Source: Tubiluchus corallicola (taxonomy: Eukaryota; Animalia; Priapulida). Taken from it: a DNA stretch of 64,000 bases. The stretch spans positions 248,001 through 312,000 of the forward strand of contig JAQGDQ010000239.1 of NCBI GenBank assembly GCA_030141605.1, given 5' to 3'. A model generated the notes under the pieces. It saw nothing but the letters and a program-made list of their open reading frames with translations, was not told the origin of the DNA and searched no databases. Below, in pieces: positions 27,071 to 39,600 of this stretch (position 1 is its first letter; each line of letters opens with the position of its first letter). Made by a program: the position numbers and the translations under genes.

Positions 27071-27423
27071 TGTTTCTAACTTAGAACAAAATAAATTCTG
27101 TTGTGAATAGTAGAAGATACTGAAATATTAAAATGACTAACCCAATAGTCCACTTAGTGGCTGAGTTAGTGCACAAAACCGATGTATTACAGAAGCCTTT
27201 ATTATTACTGAAGCATTTTAACAAGATAAAAATCAACCATAGCTCATTTACTGTGGTGGCAGATGGGTTTAGAATGTCTTTTTTACTGACCAGAAGTACA
27301 TATTATTAGTGTATTTAAGTCACTGGAAAATGTTTACGCACAAGTGTCCATGTGGAATCACAAGGTTGCAGGTTTTACAAACCTGGTTAGTTTTGTAAGT
27401 ATTTTTTTCTCCACCCAGACCAC

Positions 27424-29000
27424 AAGGGATGTAACCAAAATGAAAAATTCATTTCGGTTTGCAGATAATTGCACTTTCGGCTCAGTTTCGTTTTTGCCAA
27501 AAATTATTAAGTTTCGAAACCGAAACTTTCGGTAATTTTTGGTAGCAATTTTCTGAGGTTTTAGTAGTATTTATCCGTATTATCTTTTTCTCTTAGAAGT
27601 TAAAATTGATAAAAAATTTTGGCTAAAACAGTTCAAATAAAGTGTAAATATCGTCTATTAACTTTTTGTACCATGCTATTTATGGCAATGCAGTATGTCT
27701 TCAGTGCTGTGAAGATTTAATATCTCCAGGCACAATCAACCGAAATATCAAAATGTAATTTGAATAAAACCAAGTCTAATTTTATAATTTATGAAACATA
27801 GGTAACAAAAAATTTACAAAATAAAATTTGTCAATTTTCTTGAAGCATCATGATCTTGAACAGTAAATGTTGTTCTACTTTTTAGGTCAAGACTTTGTGC
27901 CTGGCTTCTACTTCATGAAGTCTGTATCAGAGCAAATAAAAGCAAACAAGCAAAAACAAAGTATGTTATTTATTTCTGAATATTTTTCAGTTTTTATTGT
28001 ACAGTAAGCGCCGCTTAATAGACTCACTTTGGGATGGAAGTGTTTTGACCCAATTAACATACTGATTCAATTAGCCAACATGTGTAGCCTATTGCTACAA
28101 TAGAAGTATGGCTCATGACTCATCATCTTAGTATGCATTGCAAAGGCTTTAAATGAATTTTAGAAACGAATTAAATGTCAAACTTCCTATATGCAATTAT
28201 TGAAGAACACTAATTTATATAAGTGAATTAATAAAAAGAAAATAAAAAATTGCACAAATCTGATTATTATCACTAAAAATTACAAAAACTCATGCAAGGT
28301 CCACTGCTTCATTTCTTCACGAAGAAGTTGGTTTATGAAATTCTCATAATGATAAAAACATTGAAAATCTGTTGCTGTATGTTGCCCATATTCACACAAA
28401 ACACCTATTCACTTAGTGCTTGAGCTGCATTTGGGGATGACCTTTCCCCTGTGAAAACCAGCGAGAACTTCAATAGCAAACTGCTGGACAAGTGATTAAA
28501 TGTTTAGCTTTCAGAAACAAGGAGGTGGCTTGCAGCAGACAAGTGGGTAACATCAAAGGAAAACCGCTACGCTAACGTATTAGCGCATATGAAAAACGTA
28601 CTGTACCTGCTTACAAACAAAGTTGTACCTAACATGACTCTTTCTATGTATATCATAGTGCACAAAATCGACATAAAGATGACATAAAAACAGTAAAAGC
28701 TCTTTGGGCATACACAAGTGTCTTATCTTAAGTATGAGAAGGAAAACTATCGAGTCAATTATGAGGAGTTATTTGAGTCGATTACCGACAATTTTTATAT
28801 ACATTTGAATAGGAGCAGCCTGTACCAGACGTTTTTTAGTCAACTAAGCGACTGATTCTATTAACTGTGAGTTTAATAAATGGTGCCTATTGTAGTTGGT
28901 TTTGCAAAAATAATTTCGGTTCAGTTTCGCTTCGGTATCTGTTTCCTATGTTCATAAATTTTGGCTTCCGTTTGCAATTTCAGTTTCGGTAACAACCATG
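27424..29000. mobile_element. Non-autonomous hAT element with perfect 8-bp TSD, interrupted by MITE A
   Basis: CAGACCAC at 27416-27423 and 29001-29008. Imperfect TIRs AAGGGATGTAACCAAAA / (rc) CATGGTTGTTACCGAAA. Arrays of tttcgg/ccgaaa subterminal repeats at both ends. Confidence 0.85.
28002..28892 (-). mobile_element. pogo/Tigger-like MITE family A, copy 2 (inverted relative to copies 1 and 3)
   Basis: Starts TA|CAGTAAGCGCCGCTTAATAGACTCACTTTGGG, which is the reverse complement of the right end of 34928..35844. Ends ...GGTGCCTATTG|TA. Confidence 0.88.
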
Positions 29001-30339
29001 CAGACCACCCTTCGTAACACTATATTTATTTTAATATTTAATCAAAAAGATGTTATTCTTTAAACCGAACTGTGAACTCATTAAAAAAATTAAATTTGTA
29101 CTTATGATACATAATTATCTAAATATTAGACAAATTAAAGCATGAAAAGTTTCTGATTTTAAAAGTAACTAATTTTAAAACTAGTAGTAGTACTCCCAGG
29201 CCCTAACTTATGCCAACTTAAGAAACGGCAGCCAAATGCGTAAGTCTCCCTTCAGTCGGTCAGTGATTTGCTAGTACACAGTCTTTTCATGACTCACACC
29301 CAAGACCCCTGTGTAACAACCTCAAAGAGCAAGCTGATACCTACATAGAAGCACTCCACAGTGCCGAACACACGCATCAAACAATTTCCTTTCCCAAACA
29401 ATAAATATTAAAAGATTATACTAAAGCAATTTACGTACTCGAACTACGTAGTCAGATTATTACTTACTTTACTATGCTTAATACAGTACACCAAGTCAAT
29501 TTAGTGCAATCTGATCACACAGCGCGACTTCCTCATGCATTGATTACAAATTTACAATTAAGGTTCCCAATGTTTTACTTTAAATTTAATCACAACAAAT
29601 GACAAACCATTTTCGATCTTTTAATAACAGCCACAACGGTCAACAACTATTTAGCTTAACGTTGTTAATTTTATTTCATTAGACAGGGAGTAACTATAAC
29701 TACTGTACAAAAACTGGCACATACACTTTCACCACTTTGGGTCGAGACGCAATATAGTGACTTTCAATTAATGGAAATGTAGTTATTTCGGTCGTAATTT
29801 GTTTCCGTAATATGCACGTGACGGCCTCACTGCAGTAATATACACACGAATGCACTCACTCACGCTAAGCAATGCTGCCAGCCTGCCAGATGGCCCAGAA
29901 GTGGCGAGGAATATAAGCCTATAATTATAATATAAAATGAAGGATTCGAATAATTCAGCACTTCATTTACATACACATGCATTCCTTATCAGAAACATTA
30001 CGCTATCAGTGCAGTTAAGCTTTGATTTCTGTTCATAATTTTTAAACAAATTTATTAGTGTTTTTAATGTAGGACAAAATCAAGTAACACGTATGATGTA
30101 TATGTATATGAGTCTACTTTTTATTAGTGATTCTAAAACATATTTAAAAACATTTAAAAGTGAGTTAAAATTCGATTTGGAAAATTTATTGTTACCCTGG
30201 TTCCTCTTTGTCAAAACGGCAAGCAAATTTACATCAATAAAAGTGCCAGCTTGCACATCAAAAACTCGTATTTTGTTCACTTTGCACGCATAAATTTCTT
30301 CTTTTCCACCAATCAACGACTACTGTTACTGTTTACTGC

Positions 30340-30660
30340 ATTCATTACACTTATAGCTGCAACAGCTCTGTGACATACAGTCGAACTTTTCTTAATTTAT
30401 CTACGTGGGTATCACTAATATCTTGCACAGATAATCCCCATTTGTTAATGTATATTTCAAACATATATTCTGTCGTATCATTTGCAACATGACAGAATGA
30501 ACATTTCAAGTCTTCTTTATACGAGTTTTTAAAATTTGCCTTTAGATCAATCATATTCAACCTTATAGCCATAATTACTTTCGTCTCGTCTGAACAACGT
30601 TTTAACACATAGTCCTGTCTTTGAAAACTGTTGTTTTTTAGAAACCTTAATTTTTTTCTA
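30340..30660 (-). mobile_element. 3' remnant of a non-LTR retrotransposon ORF2
   Basis: ORF 30351..30608 reads IRLNMIDLKANFKNSY...CSFC...DTTE, a C-terminal CxxC region. It is homologous to the remnant at 53372..53677 (LNVVEVKANYKNKY). Confidence 0.6.
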
Positions 30661-32337
30661 AAATTGTTGAAATACCAATTGTTGAAGTTCGGTGTGGTTC
30701 GAGTTCAAAGACCACAATTTCTGTTCGAATCGAATTCACTTTCTGGCAGAGAATGCTCACACATATATCAAAGCCACTGGAGCATAGGTCTTGAGAGAAG
30801 CCTAGTACTGCAGCCAATAATATTTTTACAGTCAAACCTACTTATAACGCATCTATCCCCTTTATAATGTCAACTTAGCTTAGCTCACATATTTTTTGAC
30901 ACAATACTATGTCTATATTTGCATAGTATGTACCTCCTTATAATACCATGCTTGCTTAACACCAACTTTTTCGCAGTTCCAAAGTGGGCAGTATAAAGAG
31001 GTTTGATTGTATTCTTTGCCTTCTAGACTGTACACGATACAAAAAACGTCATACTAATGCCTACAAGAACATGATGCCCAAATGACAGTTGTGAAACACT
31101 ACTCACTTTAGTTTACAAAAATAATTACAAGTTTAATTTTCATCAAATTTGTGAAAAATGTTACTAGTTAGGCAAGTACAGGTTAGGTTAAATTCCACAC
31201 AAGGGTCTATGTGATACTCATTTAAATTATGTTAAATTTAGGTCCATTTACTTCTCAAATTTGAAAATTAAAGGCGAAATTGGAAGTACAATGTCACTGT
31301 ACAGCATTCATTGTGGTATACAAAAACCGGCAAATTTTCAGTTTAAAATTATAATTTCAATTTTACCACCATGCCGCGCATGACCTGTCGAACGTGGGCA
31401 TCAATCATAACTGAACAATATCTGAACTGAGAGGGACAGTACTTGTTTTTGTGCAACGCATTTCCCGGATGCCGGCGATAGAGCCCATCTAACTAGCAAA
31501 TGGTGGATATGTAATGGCGGCATGGAACAGTGAACTAGCCGCGTGATTAACTTTAAATAAGGACAAAACAAAATGTTTCTTTTTCTGGCCAGTTTTTATA
31601 AACCCCAATGAGATCTTCACATTCAAACTTAATTCAAATGTGGTCAAAACTTATATTATACATCAATGTAATATTAGCTAATTGTACGCTTTTTTCCAGT
31701 TATAATCAAGATTAAAAGATACCATTGGGATTTATGTGACTCGGGCATTCAATATAAGGGTCGTCTATGGAATGGAACAGTCAAATTTATTCCATTTTCG
31801 TAGCCAGACAAACGGAAAAACACAAAAACTTAATAAAACTTGCAGACTAGCACATGGTCAATTAATATAGAAAAATGGCAGGCTTGATGTTCGTATGTTT
31901 AAATTCAAGAAAGACTAAATATTTTTGTTGCTCGTTTATTTACTGGCTTAGTTTCTTTATTATGTTTATGTCGCTGTATTTTGTACTGCTTTGAAATTTC
32001 ATCTCTACATTCTGTTTAAACTGAAAAGTCATTTTTTGGCTACTTGAAGTGTTAATTTCATGTTAAAATAGCTGCTGCTTCGCAAATTTGTGTTTATGAA
32101 AAACAGCAACCAGTTTATCTGCTGATTAGACATTAGTTGTGACTGTCATGTTGTTTAGTTTAGCGTAGACAGTTGTTGTCCTGCGTGAGCTGTTGTCCCG
32201 AATGCTGCTGAGCGTGCTTACGTGCAGAAGGAACGGAGCGATAGACCAATATGTTTGACGTCAATCGTTTCTGTTGAATAGATTCTTTGACTTGTTGTAA
32301 TGATTCTTGAAAAAACAGTACATATATATATATATAT

Positions 32338-32598
32338 GTCCCCTTTCAATATCTTACAAGGCACGTTGTTCTGAGCTATAGTTTAAGATGGACTCTGGCT
32401 TTCCTTTATACGTATATCATATTTATTTTGATTCATATCCATATAGCTATAAAGCTGTTGGGTGCTGTTTACCGCACTAGCCCCTCGGATGGATCAAATA
32501 GCGCACACGATATTCGGGTTTCCCAACAGCAGAAATTGACCAAGTGTACTTAGTGGCAATGCCCGTTCTCCTTATGTATTTAATAATAATAATAATAA
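32338..32598 (+). mobile_element. Possible retroposon 3' end with (TAA)n tail
   Basis: GC-richer ~240-bp block between a (TA)n microsatellite and a (TAA)6 tail. Single copy in the window. Confidence 0.3.
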
Positions 32599-34927
32599 TT
32601 TAAAATATCAATATAAATTAAATAATTAATTAAATACAAATTAAACATTTTATAAAATAAAATATCAAATAATTCTGAGCCAACTCTAGTGCAAAATAGT
32701 TGGTTCAATTAGCAATGCACTTTCACGTACATTATGACAAAATAAAAATCAATAACAACAAAAAAGTAAATAAAGCACTAAACTACAGTAATATTAGACA
32801 ACTGAAAAATATACGATATCAAATTTTTGTCATATCACATCATGCATGCACATATGCCTTTATGGTAAACATTGCTCTGAAAACTCTTATTACTAAGTAC
32901 TAGTAACACAATAAACCAAAGAGAATGTAAATGGGCTGAACTTGGTGCAAAGCAAAACTAGACAAAAGTTCTGAAACACTGGGACTTTCTCACTTGACAC
33001 TTTTTAAAATAAAATTATGTGCCTCACCAAATTTAGTCATTTTAGTCTACAGTTAACTTACATAATGCATAACCAAATTATTACAATTCTATTGTTAGGC
33101 AAAACCAATTGAAATTTGATATCAAACTGATGTCGAAGGGGCTACAGGAAGTGTGAAAAAAAGTGTAAAATTAAGAGTGAGCAAATGAGTGCGGTACTTT
33201 GGCTGGCCATAAACCCCGGTAATGGTTCTAAGCAAATTAGCACGTGCTTTAGCACAAATGTAAGGCTAGTGTGGCGAAAGCCTAAATTTAATACCATAAT
33301 CCATTTTATTGTGTGAACAGAAATGTAAAGTGACAATAATAAAAAGCGCACTCAAAAAATACAATAGGCATGTCACTACAATGATGTTAATTATACAGAC
33401 ATAAAAATAATACTTAATAGATTAAAATGTCTCTGTGTTTCAGGGTCAGTTACCTAAGTTTTTAATTTCTGATACTAATTTTTGCTATTGCAGACTTACA
33501 TGTATATAATATTCATAACGCATATCACTGGAATATAAATATTACATATTTTTCTAATATTGCCAAATGTTACTGTACAGTACTTGTAATCTAGCTTAAA
33601 AGTTTAACCAATAAAAAAATATTAAACACAGAATATTTTATTGGTATGATTATTATAAGCATTGACTGAAAGTGATGTGTTGTATATGAAAAATGTACAT
33701 TTATAAAGCACATTTTTTAAATCAGAAACCCATTTACGCCCATTAGGACATTCATTTACCCTGTATATCATGACTACTGCAAATTTTACTGGCTATGAAG
33801 ATGTTAAGATGTTATTTTATTATAACATTTAACCAAACAGTAAAAAGTAGAAGCAAGATAAATGCACGCATTTCAAAAACTGTTGAGTGTTATTTTGTCA
33901 AGGTATTAGTAGTCAACATAATAAACAAATTTTGATTTAATTACAATAACTAATTTTTAACTGTACAATTATTAACAATAGGCCAGTGACAATAGTAACA
34001 ACTCGTGTTTTGGTAAACTACTAGTAAAACTGCCGATTGGAGTAAATCACTATGAAACTCAACAGAATGTGTTCTGCAATGACCGTACAATAGCTATCCT
34101 ACGCACAGTAATAATAAATATACATAAACTAAATATGTACAGCAACAAACCTATTTCCTGTTATTTACAGATTATATAAATAATCACCAATTAGCATATT
34201 TCTTAATTCACATAAATTAATCCACAGAACTGTAATTTACTGATTATGACACATACTAGTAGTTCCCAATTTAAATTATAATTAGAAGACGACACTTTAT
34301 GAAGTTGCATCTCAATTAATGATTTTTTTCATTTGTTTACAAGTCATAATGCTGACAAAACCTGTAACAAAAATATAATTATCATAATTCTAATTCTACA
34401 GGATCCAAAGTTAGAAAAAACAGTATATCGTGGATAAACAATCACAATCACGAACTTCTCTCAAAGTCAAATACAAAAACAAATGAATGTTGTTGCAGTA
34501 AAAGCGAAGTATTAGTAAAAGGTAAGTACATGTTAAAACTAATCAACTTATAGTTTGCCCTATGTGATGATCAATTACAGCAATTCAGGTGAAGCTAAGA
34601 AAACTGAAATAAATTTATTTTCTTAAATTTTCTCTACAGTTTGTTTCTACATGGAATTACAAGTTAGTCACTTAAAATTTGAATGAGTTAAAGCCATAAG
34701 TCAGGAACATTAACAAATACAATAACTTATTACTAATTATATTGTGCTGCAAGCAGAATTTCAAAAATGTCAGTTTAAGCAAATAACTATTATTTTTACA
34801 CAAATTTGTGGATCACACAAATTTGTTATAAGCAAAATTTTCCATATAATCATGGAAGAACAATGAGTACAACAATAATTTCTGACTAATAAATTTAAGA
34901 TGTATGCAGAGGTTATGTTTTTAAATA

Positions 34928-35844
34928 CAGTAGGTGCCGCTTAATAGACTCACGGTTAATAGACTCAATCGCTCAATTGACTCAAAAATGCCTGGAACGG
35001 GCTGCTTCAATTGAAATATACATAAAAACTATCGGTAATTGGCTCAAATAACTCCGCTTAATTGACTCAATATTTTTCCTTCACCTACTTAAAATAAGAT
35101 ATTTGTATGTGCTCAAAGAATCTTTCCTACTTTTATTTCATCTTTGCTTCCCTTTTGTGCACCATGCATGCAGAAACAATCATGTTAAGTACCGTTTTGT
35201 TTGTAAGCAGGTACGTTTATCATATGCTAATACACTAGCTTGGCGGTTTTGCTTTGAATCTGTTATCCGCTCGCCCACTGTTGCCCAAAGAATTTCTGGA
35301 AGCTAACCATTTAATCACTTGTCAAGCAGTTTCCTTTTGATGCTCTCGTTGCAAATCATGCTTTGAGGCTTAATCAGTTAACAGTCAAAGATGCAGGTAC
35401 AGTAACCAGCTGGTATTCATTGTGACTTACAAGACTAAACATTGTACTGCAAATAAGAGCAAAGTAAGTGAGTAATTAAGAGAATTTGTGGGCAAAGTTC
35501 TTCGCAAGAAAATGAAGCCGCCGACCTTGAAGCAATTTTTGTAATTTTTGCAAATGAATAGACTTAGAAAAGTCTGTGATTTAGAAGAGTATACTTTTTA
35601 ACTTATTGCTAATTCACTAATATAAATTAATATTTTAAAATATTTTTTCTAATTTTTAACTGCACAAAGGAATTAAGGCATTAGTTCATTTCTAAAGTTC
35701 ATTAAAAACCTTTGCAGTGCATAGTAAGCTGATGACTCATACTTCTATACCTGTAATACTACACCCATCGTTTAATAGGTTCAGTCGATTAATTGGGTTA
35801 AAACACGTCGATCCCAAAGTGAGTCTATTAAGCGGCGCCTACTG
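34928..35844 (+). mobile_element. pogo/Tigger-like MITE family A, copy 3 (best-preserved, 917 bp)
   Basis: 26-bp TIRs CAGTAGGTGCCGCTTAATAGACTCAC / GTGAGTCTATTAAGCGGCGCCTACTG (1 mismatch). TA target duplication on both sides. No transposase ORF. Confidence 0.92.
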
Positions 35845-36679
35845 TACAAACAATCAGACTTTGTTTATAAGTACAGCAGCAAAAGTTGACCAGTTGCGAT
35901 CTTATCGCCAGGGGCATATCAACACTTTAGGATGCTCTAAGCTGGCAGTTCTCTGTCATGCCCATCTCTATTATGAATTTATGGTTGCTTATGTAATAAG
36001 CAGATTAAACACTTACTTGAGAGTATAAGAAACACTATTAACCTAGTTTCTACTACGTAGTCATTATTAATTACACGTAATTGCATAGCGCTTATATTCC
36101 AGCAGGCCGCGCAACTGCTTGTTGTGTAATACCTTGCACCTGTTCGTTGTGTGGCACTTATGTAAAAGCTGAGCTCAGTAACTGCCTGTGGTGTGTTATA
36201 AAATGTGCCCTTTACATGAATATGAAAGTACACACATTTTCCAAGGAGAATAAGAATTTTTTCTAAAGTGTGACTCAAACTTCAGTGTCTTAGGCTATAG
36301 CCTAGTTAGCCTATTGGTTAATAGGCCCCCACTTATCGCTTCAGTTGTTTAGCTGTAAGATCACTTCTGACACAAAAATATATATTGCACATCATTTTCT
36401 GTGTGTAATCTTTAAACAGGATTTTCATAACTTGAAATGAAAATGTGGCAAAAATAAAAAAATGCTGATCACCAACTGTTTTGTTTTACAATAAAAAAAT
36501 CTCAAAATCAACATAAGAAACACCAGCTGAATGAATCACTTGTCAAACTTCCATCACACACAGCTAATTAAGAGTATAAAAATGCAGTAAATGAATACTA
36601 GCATAAAATTTTGCCTCAAGTCTTCAAGAGGAAGTGTGGTAACTAGAAGCTAGAAAAGTCTGGTTAGCTGCTACTAATG

Positions 36680-39600
36680 TCAAGATTCATGAATGTTGGA
36701 GTTGATGAGACTTTCTTTCTGTTCATGATCAATGTCTCTCAATCTATACGAATGACAAAATAAAAAAAAGATTGCTTTACAAGATAATTTACACCGTAAA
36801 TATGAAATAATAATACTAAAATGCCATTATCCTTTTGCATATAAAAATATGTGACTACCAATAACTGCTCAGATGATTTTCAACTTTTATGATAGATGCA
36901 AAAGTTTTAGCTTAGAATAACCTAATTTAGAAGTTCTTTTTAAAGAAAAGTGTAGTAAATTTCCAATTAACCCACAAAAGTGCATGCTTCAATTTTTCTT
37001 GATAGCTATTGTACATTCACCTGCCCTTTTCAAGCATAAACACTGAAGCTTTAATGCTTTATCTTTCAAATGCCAGTAAACTTCAGTCGGTTCAGGTTTC
37101 ACCACATTAAAAGTGTCCTGCAGTTGTGCTGGATCCCAGTTTGCAGAGTGACAGACTGTATGGAAAACTGGGACTATTAAAAATGACTAAATATTCATAG
37201 TGTCAAAGAACAAAATTCTTACAAAACCATGAAATAATGTTCTGATCATTTTGTTTTCATGAGTATTAAGCTTTTGTTTATTTTATATAGAATACGAGTA
37301 TATACCAGTTACCTTACAATTCATTATCTTTATCTCCTTTACTTTAATTTAATATATCAAATTCACTTGGACATCTAACTTTTTTTGAATAAATTTATTA
37401 CTTTTATTTTTCAAAGCTGTTTAATTTGCATTAAAATTTTTTAGGAAATCTTGTACTTTTCATCCAATTAATAACTATCAATGTGCTTAGGATGAACTGC
37501 TGTTTAATTTACCAAAATGCACCGACCTAATAATTTACCTTTCTTTTATAAAATGTGGCTAAACTTGGTTCTTACATCTGTTTAATTTGAATTAGAAAAT
37601 CTAAGAAGTGCTGCAATGGTCATCAAATTAACAGGTAACAAGAACAATGATTTACCTTGTAGGAATGTGGACATGGCGCTTGCAAATGCAGTGCACAAAT
37701 TTCTTCAAGTAAATTAATACAGGATCCCATGTTTCATAGCTAGCTAAAATCCCTACAGCTACAAATGACAAAAACACTGGAATGGCTCCGACAAAAAATT
37801 CCCATTGATAGATCACCTGCAACAGAAAGACTCCAATTGTTCTCATCTGGAGTTATGTAACTAAGATTTGAAAATACAGCTGCTATTCTCAAAAGTAAAT
37901 CAGGGAACAGTAGAGCTAATTCAATTAAAACTTCCAAATCCTACAATAGTAACTACTTTGACTTACACTATTAGGTTTGTATTTAACATTTTTTTCTGAG
38001 AAAAATTAATGAACTTCTCTAATCCTTGTTGACAAGTTAATGCACAACATACCTTGATGCACTATGTGCTAAAATTTTTTATGCTGTACTTAAATAAAGT
38101 CATAAGTTTATGTTTTAGTTCAGCAGCCTTGCATTCATTTTCAATTTTTATTTTGGTCACAACCATTGTTAGCAGACAAGCAAAATATTGTTTCTCACTG
38201 TACATTGATCAATAGAGCTTCTCCATTAATGCAGTGCAAAACAATCAAAATCACACAAAAATTTCCCATCTTAAGCGATTCTGGCTGCTACATTTCATGT
38301 ATGGAGAATCCAAACAATACAGGGAGTAGTTAATATATAGAAAAAGTAAGGTAAACACCAAGTGGAAGCTGCTTCTCTTCAATAAATTTTACTATACGCC
38401 ATTCAACAATGACATAATGAACCAGCACTGCAACTAAATCATTCAATCATCTGAAGGACAAAATTTGAGACTAAAATTAAATTTAAGCTAATGTCACTTT
38501 ATATACTTTGTGATTTTAGTGGCTTTTTTGCATTATTCTTCGTTCTGAAGATAATTAAACAAAACACATTAAACGTCAAAAACATTAAATTTTTATTGCT
38601 GCTTTACAGCTTAATGATTGGAAGAAAAGTATCTTTAAATCTACAAAGAGAAAACCTATTCAAAAACTGGCTCTACTTTTCTACAGACATTATACAATTT
38701 GTGGTCACATCTGGTATATTTTCAGCACATATGACTGCTTTCCTGATTTGTGGGAGTAAAGTCGAGAATTTTTTTTCTAAAAGTTGAAACCAAATCAGGG
38801 TGTTAGAATTGTTAGCCATTGTGTGCTTTAATAGAGGTAGTCAACCTGATTGTAGATACACTATTATCACATTAATTAGCTTTCAAATTGTAAAATAATA
38901 TTTGTTGAAGTTATGCAATAATATATAAAATTCAAAAACAGTTTCTTACGTGTTTCATCAACACGTCAGCCAGAATTGTAGCAGGAATTGTCAGGCTCAA
39001 TGCCAATGTAGCAAGCAGAGAAGTAGTCAGAAAACAACCCCTAGAAAAATACGTCAGTTTATAATACTGGCATCAATGCAAGTAGTTAAAGGTAAATAAT
39101 TTTACTGCTAGGTTTACATGATGTATGCTCATCATAAAGCAATAACTTTGTCCATAGTTCAATTGCTAGCGGTGAGCGTTCCAGGTGTAATTCCATGTAC
39201 TGCAAGATAAAGTAGGTCAGCTAGCTATCCTCTATCCACTTCACTTACATTAGTAGTATATAGTATTAGTAGTATAGTAGCCTCATTTATCTGTATATAC
39301 CATTGTACTCTTATGATAGACTGGATGTAGTTAATGTATATTTTGTAATCTGATGGAGAAAGTAAATTTTAATTCCATTCAATAATTCATTTCAGTTCTA
39401 TATGCTGATGTCTAACACTTGATAACATTAAATCTGATAAATCAAACACAGAACAACCTAATTTGCTTATCCTGTGAACATGTGCTGAAACATGGCTCCC
39501 AAAAACACTATTTCAGGGGGTAATACCGAATAATCCAAAAGATGTATATTAATCTATAACACTAAAACTTTGTTAGGAGTTTGAAAAAATATTGAATATA

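Noticed and set aside
29461-29540. Candidate DNAJC13 5'-UTR exon (minus-strand GTAAGTA donor at 29467-29461)
   Set aside because: Plausible, but a single donor-like motif cannot be supported without transcript data.
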